DNA of 64,000 nucleotides from a virus: IMG/VR virus record IMGVR_UViG_3300045918_000157, positions 22,400 to 86,399 of that record; one strand, 5' to 3'. Shown piece by piece: positions 56,682 to 64,000 of this stretch (position 1 is its first letter; each line of letters starts with the position of its first letter). The notes under the pieces were generated by a model. It saw only the letters and a program-made list of their open reading frames with translations, ran no database searches and was not told where the DNA came from. The position numbers and the translations under genes were made by a program.

Positions 56682-58398
56682 TTAATTGTTTCGTGTAACC
56701 TCCCTTACAAGCCTTTCTAACTCTGTGCGTTCGAGAGTCTCTGCAAGCACTCTCTGCGCCTCCACAACAGTCAGGTTTGCTTGGGCTATGAACTTCTGAT
56801 CCTTGTATATACAGTACTCCATGTAGCAGCATAGCAGAAACAGCACGATCATAACAACCATTGCTGTGTAACTGACAAGTGCAAGCTGTGGCCCTCTGAA
56901 GGCGAAGTAGGCATTGATAGCCACCGTTGCAAGAATTGCAAGTGGTCGAATCGTGTGCTTGAGAGGACTCATCAAGCCTCGTCTGTAAGTGCAGTCACGC
57001 CCTTGGTTACACTTGTCCTGTGCATCTGCGGGACAAGTATCTTGGCAGTCTTTCATTTGTCCTCCTTGTTACCTGCACCTTTATCACTTGCTGATAGCAT
57101 CCCATGAAGCCTGTCGTACTCTTCAAACTCTCTGTACACTTTGTCAATGCACTTCTCACGCATCTTGAAGAGCTTGTAAGTAGTGTAGGAAGTCCTAAAA
57201 GCAAAGTAGGCTGTAATAGCAAACACGACAGCTGCAACAAGCCACACAGACATTACAGCTGTCTCATTGCTGTTCTCGAATGCTGCATAGCCACAACCCA
57301 ATGCTGCAACTGCATTGTAAGCTGTAGGTATGAACACAAACTCTTTTTTCATGCTGCCTCCTTAAGTGTGAGTTTCAAACTCAGCGTCGATGCTGCGCTG
57401 AATGACGCCGATAGTGAGCCTGCCTCCACTTGGGCTGATCACGACTACAAGCCATTCAAGCCAGCCGGGGCGCTTGTGGGCCGGTGCGTCAGGTGGTGAG
57501 CGCAGCTGCGGATAGACGCTAATTTCCTTAGCACCTTGTGCGTGCCGTGCCGCTACTTGCATACACTTTTCAAGCATTGGGCCATCAAGCTCCCAATCCT
57601 GCTCATTCCAGATATTGATTGTGCATGTTTTTGACATGTTTTCCTTTTAGGTTGTGGGCATTGCCCGGTTATCAGAATCGTTCGGAGGCTCTTACGCCTT
57701 CACGCTTAATTAACAGCGCCGCTACCTTTAGCGTGCGTATCTTTCCGTCAAGCGTAGGAAAGTCCCCTACAAGCCTGAATAGCGTGGCAGGGACGATGTA
57801 GGCAAGTTGTGCCCACATGTGTATGTCTGTATTGTTGAATGGGAAGTCCTGATCCTGTAGGGCTTGCCCAAAGTGCTTGCGTACCGCAGTCATAACCTGC
57901 GGTGTAGCGAACTGACGGTAATACTCAACGTGATTACCGTCAGGGTTCTTTAGGTAGTCAGCTTTAAGCATACCTGTCAATGCACGAGCAGTACCATGAA
58001 GCGCAAGCTCCACACCAATCCCTCTTGTCAAGGCCCGCTTCCTCTTCATCTTTGGTGAAGAGCGTAGGCTTGAGGTAGTCTGTACTGCTTACTTCTTTGG
58101 TGCGTGGCACATCAAGGCACACGAACTCTGCCTTGGCGTGTTCCTCAGGGCTGTACACAGGCTCTGGCTGTAGCTTGGCAAGCGTTATGAAAGCACAGAC
58201 ACAGCTGCCAACAATGTCAATTCTTACGGTGTCACCGTAATCCTGCTTGTTATGCCGTGGCACTGGCGAGTGATAGCGGTACTGCTTAGCCAGCGTGATT
58301 GCATGGCCCATGTTGCAGCCATCGACTTGATGGCGATCTACCCATGTGTAGTTAGCTTCGCTTGCATACACATCTGTCCACTCTATGTCGTATAACAT
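56682..58398 (-). CDS. Run of small genes (56682-57056 and 57053-57352 two-TM proteins; 57362-57637; 57672-57971; 57964-58398)
   Basis: ORF track; hydrophobic segments; RBSs. Confidence 0.55.
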
Positions 58399-58434
58399 AG
58401 TTACTCCTTTTAGGTTATTGGTAGAAATTTGTAG

Positions 58435-59442
58435 TCACTCCAACGGAGCGTCTGTAGCAAAGTGAACTAAGGGCCTCATTGGAATTAACTCAGCGGCTGC
58501 TATCTCTTCTTCCTCTTTAGCCTTCCTAGCTGCCATTCGCTTATCACTAGCGGCTTTAGCTAGTGCCCTCTCTTCGGTGCGGCTCTCATAATCTGCCACT
58601 TCGTCCTCACCATACTTTTCTACCATATTTGCTCTATTTATAGCAGCTAATTGCTCGGCCGTAAGGTCAGGCATGGCTTCTATGTCAGCAAAATCATTAA
58701 TAACTGCTGGTTGCACAGCTTTAGCCCAAAGACACCCCTCATCCTCATAAGTCACGAAAGTTGACCCTTCAGGCTTCGACTCCATCCACATACGTTGACG
58801 CACAGGACCACCGTCTATAGTAAACAAGTACTGAGCATCATCCTTGTCTGCAAGCTTAAGAGCGCCTTTCGGTATGTATTCTTCGTGAGGCTCTTCATCG
58901 TAGTCTTCAGACACTACCTGCTCAAGCTTTTGTATCCTTGCTGTAGACCGAGGTACTGCAATCTTCCCTTCAGGGTGTATTTCAAGCGTTTTGCTAGGAT
59001 TCGGTCCTAGCATGTCAAACTCTTGAGTATCCTGCTGCCACAGTGGGAATACATGCCACGCACCAAGCCCGTACATCCCCGGCTTGCTCATGCAGACATT
59101 GCCATCACGTATCTCTACCTCAACTCTTTGGTCCTCATAGTAAAAGGTAGGGTTTTTATGCCTCCAAAAAGCTGCCGCTAGCGTGTTTGTTGTAGCCCGC
59201 ATTATTAGCATCTCAAGTACTACAAGTACTTCTGAGTCTTCGACGGGGGTCTTTAAGACCTGCGATGCACTCTTGCCGCTGCACCGTCTGCAACCCTTTG
59301 CTATATGCCTTGCCTCCATCTCACCCTTGTTGCCGCAATCTGCACATGTGAACTTGAACTTTGGTTGGGGTGCCTCTACACGCTCACCGAATATTAGGCT
59401 TCCAAGGCGAATACCTTCAAGGTTTAACTTAGGCCTAGCCAT
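58435..59442 (-). CDS. Zinc-finger protein (CxxC...CxxC), homing-endonuclease-like N-terminal DNA-binding module, acidic C-terminus
   Basis: LNLEGIRLGSLIFGER...FTCADCGNKGE...GCRRC. Confidence 0.6.
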   Translation of the reverse strand: MARPKLNLEGIRLGSLIFGERVEAPQPKFKFTCADCGNKGEMEARHIAKGCRRCSGKSASQVLKTPVEDSEVLVVLEMLIMRATTNTLAAAFWRHKNPTFYYEDQRVEVEIRDGNVCMSKPGMYGLGAWHVFPLWQQDTQEFDMLGPNPSKTLEIHPEGKIAVPRSTARIQKLEQVVSEDYDEEPHEEYIPKGALKLADKDDAQYLFTIDGGPVRQRMWMESKPEGSTFVTYEDEGCLWAKAVQPAVINDFADIEAMPDLTAEQLAAINRANMVEKYGEDEVADYESRTEERALAKAASDKRMAARKAKEEEEIAAAELIPMRPLVHFATDAPLE

Positions 59443-59866
59443 TCCCGTTCTCCTTTACAACATAAAGTTTTGGTGCAGTGTCCTGTTCGTGCACTGAGTT
59501 AACTATCAGGCCGTCAAGGTCCAAGTATGAGACTACAGCAGCAGACGCTTGCATCTTCACACTCACCCTGCGACCCGCGAGATAGAAGGCGGTATCAGGA
59601 TTGTCCTGCAAGGCCTTGTGCAGTTGAGCAGCAGGCATCTCAAGTGCCCTAGTGCTGGTTACAGCAAGCATCGTAGTTACGGTCGCCTGCGCGTTTGGGG
59701 GGCAATGGCACTTTGGACAACCATTACTTAAGTACCTGTAGTTGCGCTCGCCTTTGTGCTTGCAGTGCAAGCATGTGTAGTGGTATCGGGGTTGGTCGCT
59801 AGGTATTCGCTCACCTATTAGCAGTGTCCCTAGTGTTCGACCGGTTACGTCAAGTTGTTTCGACAT
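59435..59866 (-). CDS. Zinc-finger protein, paralogue of 58435-59442
   Basis: LDVTGRTLGTLLIGER...YTCLHCKHKGE...GCPKC. Confidence 0.6.
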   Translation of the reverse strand: MSKQLDVTGRTLGTLLIGERIPSDQPRYHYTCLHCKHKGERNYRYLSNGCPKCHCPPNAQATVTTMLAVTSTRALEMPAAQLHKALQDNPDTAFYLAGRRVSVKMQASAAVVSYLDLDGLIVNSVHEQDTAPKLYVVKENGNG

Positions 59867-60710
59867 TGGTACGTCCTTTTCAGCACTAAGCAGTTCATGT
59901 TTTCGAGTAAATTTCTTTATAACACGATTTTTCGTGTAAATTACAAAAGTATTGTAATCAATAAATAGGGGGGTCTCCCTCGCGCAAACCGTGTTTTGAA
60001 ATCACATGGTGTACACGGTGTGATTTCAAAACTCTATAAAGAGGTTTTTCAACACCGCACCCTAATTAAATACATAGTTTTGTAATTTACATTTGTATTT
60101 ATACTGTTATTGTAATAAACAAGGTTTTATGAAAAGCTTGTATCAGTTGAAGGTCTTTTAAAGCTTGCTAAAGCCTGTGCAAGTGCCGCAAAATTTCCGA
60201 TAACATGGCAATATAACAGAGCTAAGTAGTTTAATACCAATTCTACAATTGAATCGTGCAAACTTGACAGAAACGGGTTTAATACGTAAGCAAAAATGTA
60301 ATCTATTTTGTAATTTTGAAATAAACACTAAGTCAAGTCAGTTGACCTTACGCGGCGATTTATCAACCTTGCACACCAGTCTTAGATAGCAGCTGTTATT
60401 CTGAACAATTTCATTCATACACTGTGTAAATTACAGGCCGGAGTGTAAATTACAAGAATTTTGCTATGATTTAAATAGCAAAAGTCAAGAATGACAAAGG
60501 GAATGACATTGAGCCTGTGCAAGACTCAATGTTATTGACTCTGATATTGAAATTAGGATTAAAGCTTGCTGGTTTTGTGCTAGGATCGCAGCTTGAAGCT
60601 TTCATTTCGGCCCTTGCAAGACCTAAGAAATGAAAGCTTCAATTACTGACCCTTGGGGATTTCCTGTTGCAAGCTGGAATGAGCCAAGGGTTTTGTTTTT
60701 GGAGCCTCTT
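59867..60710. promoter_or_regulatory. Long AT-rich control region (candidate origin/divergent promoters) with dyads
   Basis: TGTAA-N-TTACA at 59935, 60081, 60425, 60444; 38-bp palindrome 59994-60031; hairpins 60502-60536 and 60593-60642. Confidence 0.6.
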
Positions 60711-61031
60711 ATGACCAACGATGACACTACACGCAACGAAGAAATAACCAGTTGCAAACCAGCCACCTTACACAAGGTAATGAAGAGTCCTTCTAACGTT
60801 AGAAAGATAGATAGAGTGGCTCGAAGTAATTCAGATGTGCAAGGTTATGTCAACTTTCTATTAGGAGCTTCAAAGCTCCGCGAAGAGTACATAGAACTGT
60901 TACTTGAAAGGATCGACCTTTTAAACCTTGAGTTGGACAATAAAGACTTATTGCTTGACGATGTATATGATGGAATCATGGCAGAGCGAGCCAACGAGGA
61001 ACTGACAAAAGGAAATGACATTAGAACTTGA
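60711..61031 (+). CDS. Divergent coiled-coil protein (may start at 60630)
   Basis: Only convincing + strand ORF in the distal early region; GGAG before ATG 60711; leucine heptads. Confidence 0.5.
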   Translation: MTNDDTTRNEEITSCKPATLHKVMKSPSNVRKIDRVARSNSDVQGYVNFLLGASKLREEYIELLLERIDLLNLELDNKDLLLDDVYDGIMAERANEELTKGNDIRT

Positions 61032-61053
61032 GTAAGTCCTAATATGCTTGCCT

Positions 61054-62001
61054 CTAAATGATCATCAGGGCGAATTTCAGGTGTTCATGAGCACGTTTAG
61101 CCGCCTCATGCCACGGCAGGCCATCTTTAGCATTGGCAAGCGCTACTCTTGCCCAACGTTTAGCGGCGCGTCTGTGAATCCAGTAATCCCGAATGATAGG
61201 GTCAGTCATGGCGCAGGAAGCAACTGCGCCATGTTCGCAGGATTCAGGTATACAGTAGCCGTAGCTGTCTTCCCACAGAAGACGCCCGTGGCTACGATAG
61301 CGGCACCTTCAGGGATAGACACTATCGGGTCTGTTTTAGGCCCACCAAATTGAGGCGGGTCATATTGCGGCGCACCCTTGGACTGCATTGTTACCAAGTT
61401 GACAGCAGTGTATGTGCTTCTGCTGCCACCGCTCCAATGCGAGCCACCAAGTGACAGTTTCTCGACAGCATTTACTATCGCCTGATGCTTGCGATAAGAA
61501 GGGTCAGCTGCACGTACAACGCGCAGTAGTTCGGGAAACTCTTTAAGCTTGACTATCATTTGAAGGCCCTTGAAGTGGTAGGAAAGGCACTAGCCGACCA
61601 GCTAATGCAAATGCTTCGACCATGTTTTTTGTCAACAGGTCGAATTTAGGCTTGTGCACACCGTTTTCGCAATATCGGACGGTGTAATCTTTAAGTGCAG
61701 CGTGCAAGTAGACCTTGCATGACACGTTAGACACGGCGCAATAACGCGCAAGAATAAGCTTGAGCGCCATTCAGTACCTTCAAGCAGTCGTGACTACTTG
61801 ACTACTTGAAGGCAAACAGGCAGTGTCAACGTACACCTCATTGAAAGTAGGCCCGCCAGCATACGTGCTCCCATAGAGTGTGCTGATAAGCGAACCCCTT
61901 GGCACTTCCCGGTGCTTGCGGTATGTGAATGTTCGCAACCCGCGATGCACGGTGTGGAAAAATCCGACCTTGCTGAAAGGCCCGCTTGAGTATTGGCTCA
62001 T
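61054..62001 (-). CDS. Small early genes (61054-61209 not in track, 61206-61559, 61543-61770, 61780-62001)
   Basis: Coupled starts/stops; RBSs. Confidence 0.55.
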
Positions 62002-62005
62002 GTCA

Positions 62006-62072
62006 ATCTCCTTTGAAGTAGGGCAAAAACGCCTTTGGTAGAGCCTCTCATAAAGGCCTAGCCGAAGATGTT
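62006..62072 (-). repeat. Intergenic hairpin+RBS element, copy 1
   Basis: ATCTCCTTTGAAGTAGGGCAAAAACGCCTTTG, 32 nt identical to copy 2. Confidence 0.85.
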
Positions 62073-62291
62073 TTAGCTGCTAACGTCGCGGTGCGCGTGG
62101 ATGGTGTCCACAACCTGCTTTGCCTCGTACAGGCCAAGCTTGTACTGGGCACAGATGAACTTTATCGCAGCGACTTTGTTGTTCTCGGTGACCTTGATAA
62201 GGCGATATTCCGCAGCAGTGATTTCCACGAACTGCTCACGCACAGGATAAGAAACGTTAACCCTGTCGGCCTGACGTTGAACTGAAGCCAT
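62073..62291 (-). CDS. Ribosomal protein L7/L12 C-terminal-like domain protein
   Basis: NKVAAIKFI...YKLGLYEAKQVVD. Confidence 0.7.
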   Translation of the reverse strand: MASVQRQADRVNVSYPVREQFVEITAAEYRLIKVTENNKVAAIKFICAQYKLGLYEAKQVVDTIHAHRDVSS

Positions 62292-62295
62292 AGCT

Positions 62296-62362
62296 ATCTC
62301 CTTTGAAGTAGGGCAAAAACGCCTTTGCTAGGCCCTGCCAAGGCCTACCAAAGCAGTCTTTG
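62296..62362 (-). repeat. Intergenic hairpin+RBS element, copy 2
   Basis: Same core; 21-bp interrupted stem. Confidence 0.85.
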
Positions 62363-62363
62363 A

Positions 62364-62663
62364 TTAATTTGCTGTACGCACCCGCAAAGACGGCACACAG
62401 CCCTCTACGAACCCGAATCGGGCGTAAAGCTTGTACAGCCGATCATGGTCGCCAGAGCGGGCGAATGCAACCACAGCCATGCGCTTATGCCCTTCAGTTG
62501 TAACAAGCTGATTTAGCAGCCTGCTAGCCTCGCCCTGCTTGATGCTTGCCAGGCTTGTGATAACGATGCCGCCGATGCCAGCCGCATCATGAACGTCCTC
62601 AATGTCATCTTCGATAACCTCCCTAAAGAACAGCACGGCGTATTGCGATGATAGTGTTGTCAT
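62364..62663 (-). CDS. GNAT-like acetyltransferase
   Basis: KQGEASRLLNQL and RLYKLYARFGF motifs. Confidence 0.6.
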   Translation of the reverse strand: MTTLSSQYAVLFFREVIEDDIEDVHDAAGIGGIVITSLASIKQGEASRLLNQLVTTEGHKRMAVVAFARSGDHDRLYKLYARFGFVEGCVPSLRVRTAN

Positions 62664-62664
62664 A

Positions 62665-62856
62665 TCAATACTCGAAGCCGATGCACAATTCAGTGCCACG
62701 CTTCACAAACACCTCACGTGAGATGTCATCGCAATCCTGCAGAGCGTATCTCTTAGTAGACGCATCGTAAGCGCCACGCTTGTACACTTTGCTTGCATCA
62801 GGCTTGCGCTTGACAAATTCACCAGACTTGATGCTCTCAACTTTTGCCGTGTTCAT
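62665..62856 (-). CDS. Small hypothetical protein
   Basis: GEFVKRK...VYKRGAYD.STKRY...DISRE.FVK; follows a repeat-borne RBS. Confidence 0.6.
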   Translation of the reverse strand: MNTAKVESIKSGEFVKRKPDASKVYKRGAYDASTKRYALQDCDDISREVFVKRGTELCIGFEY

Positions 62857-62861
62857 ATTGT

Positions 62862-62921
62862 TCCTTTGAAGTGGGGCAAAAACGCCTTTGGTAGGCCTTG
62901 GCAGGGCCTAACAAAGCAGTC
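62862..62921 (-). repeat. Intergenic hairpin+RBS element, copy 3
   Basis: TCCTTTGAAGTGGGGCAAAAACGCCTTTGGTAGGCC...GGCCTAACAAAGCAGTC. Confidence 0.85.
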
Positions 62922-63080
62922 TCAGCGTGGCTGGTCGTAGCCGTGCTTCTTAGCGTCCCTGCGCTCTACCTGTTCAATAGCGCGGTCTTGCTCTTCCCAA
63001 CACTCACGGTGCAGCAACTCACCGAAAGGGCCTTTTGTCGTGCAATATTCACCGCACTCAGTGCAAAAACAATCGTCCAT
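62922..63080 (-). CDS. 52-aa Cys/His zinc-finger protein, not in the ORF track
   Basis: MDDCFCTECGEYC...LHRECW; TAAGGAG RBS. Confidence 0.55.
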   Translation of the reverse strand: MDDCFCTECGEYCTTKGPFGELLHRECWEEQDRAIEQVERRDAKKHGYDQPR

Positions 63081-63227
63081 AACGCTCCTTAAATAACATT
63101 TTTAAAAACAGCGAATTGTTAAAAAAAAATGGGGCTATTTTAACAAAATATTTGTAACAAAATGCACGCATAGCAGTCCCGTTAACCCCCAACCCATACC
63201 CATCACAAACCCTCAAACCCAACAATA

Positions 63228-63461
63228 TCAGCCCTCACACACCAAAGAGCAGGCCTTAAACCCGAGAATAGCGAGCACAGCCACGCAAACAGAGACAATA
63301 GCAGGGTGCAGCCCGCTATCACCGTCAGCGTAAGCACACGCCATCATCGTCAGCACGCCCATGCCAATGAGGCAGGCGATGGCGAGGCTGAACAGCGCGT
63401 AGTTCATGATGTTTGAAGTACCGGCGCGTCTGCGCCTTTGGGTTTCGTAGTGGGTGCGCAT
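63228..63461 (-). CDS. Two-TM small membrane protein
   Basis: Two hydrophobic helices; RBS supplied by repeat copy 4. Confidence 0.55.
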   Translation of the reverse strand: MRTHYETQRRRRAGTSNIMNYALFSLAIACLIGMGVLTMMACAYADGDSGLHPAIVSVCVAVLAILGFKACSLVCEG

Positions 63462-63466
63462 GATTT

Positions 63467-63528
63467 TCCTTTGAAGTAGGGCAAAGTCTGCCTTTGGTAG
63501 GCCCGTGAAGGCCTACAAAAAGTTCGTC
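63467..63528 (-). repeat. Intergenic hairpin+RBS element, copy 4
   Basis: TCCTTTGAAGTAGGGCAAAG..GCCTTTGGTAGGCC-CGTGAA-GGCCTACAAAA. Confidence 0.8.
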
Positions 63529-63777
63529 TTATGCGCTAACGCCGGCTATTGCGATGTACGCGCTAACAGCCTTGCAGGCCTGTTCAAGTTCGTTTTGCGC
63601 CACACGTTGCGCTCCATACGCCAGCATCAGCGCATCATGCGTGGTGGCGTTGTTATGCTGCCAATGCACCTCTTCCGCTAACTGCACCGCAATAGTGCAG
63701 TTTACGTACTCAAGGCCCGCATTAGCTGCAAGCACACGCATATCAAGCGGGATAGATTGGGTATCAAGTGGTTTCAT
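63529..63777 (-). CDS. Hypothetical protein
   Basis: AAAAGGAG RBS; ORF track. Confidence 0.55.
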   Translation of the reverse strand: MKPLDTQSIPLDMRVLAANAGLEYVNCTIAVQLAEEVHWQHNNATTHDALMLAYGAQRVAQNELEQACKAVSAYIAIAGVSA

Positions 63778-64000
63778 GGATAGCTCCTTTTAAGTTTCAA
63801 TGCCTGCTTACGCAAGCTCTTTGGCCCAAGCACACGTATGCTAGGCCCGTTGCCTATTACTGTAGGCTGCACAGGCCGCACATGATTCTTACCTATGTGC
63901 GGGACGTACTTGTGCTTTTCCCTTGCTGCGCCCACGATTAAGCCCTTGCGTCCATGACAGCCAGTTCCTCTGCCGTGGGGTAACGCAGGCCCGTGAAGGG

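Noticed and set aside
62006-63528. CRISPR array or integron attC array
   Set aside because: Spacing is irregular (~290-600 bp), the intervals are whole genes, the repeats contain the RBS, and there are no cas genes, integron integrase or RYYYAAC/GTTRRRY boxes
63987-63999. Fifth copy of the hairpin element (AGGCCCGTGAAGG)
   Set aside because: Lacks the conserved flank and RBS, appears to lie in a coding frame, and is truncated by the window edge
1-64000. Alternative genetic code
   Set aside because: Long conserved genes are intact under the standard code and all three stop codons end genes

Overview
A 64 kb piece of a tailed dsDNA phage genome (siphovirus-type tail tip; Gram-negative host implied by the spanins). 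The + strand arm (1-17204) carries the tail tip, several fibre/adhesin genes and an expanded lysis cassette containing a CBM5/12-GH12 glycanase. A convergent - strand arm (17201-34000) carries a self-sufficient replication/recombination set: SbcCD-like nuclease, Holliday-junction resolvase, PolI-type DNA polymerase, dNMP kinase, HNH, MazG, ExoX, SSB, primase-helicase, SNF2 helicase and ligase. About 30 kb of small early/accessory genes follow, among them a ParA + ribbon-helix-helix partition cassette with 8-bp centromere-like repeats and a serine resolvase, which point to a phage-plasmid lifestyle. The most striking features not explained by the ORF track are: (i) three tandem paralogous 27-28 aa membrane micropeptides ending in HSE, coupled to a 2-TM protein; (ii) two ~100-117 nt intergenic structured-RNA candidates with long G-U-supported closing stems; (iii) a ~157 bp concentric dyad in an AT-rich region beside two paralogous zinc-finger genes; (iv) a four-copy hairpin+RBS intergenic element, one copy of which has a flipped core. 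All calls come from reading motifs by eye; no database searches or folding programs were run.
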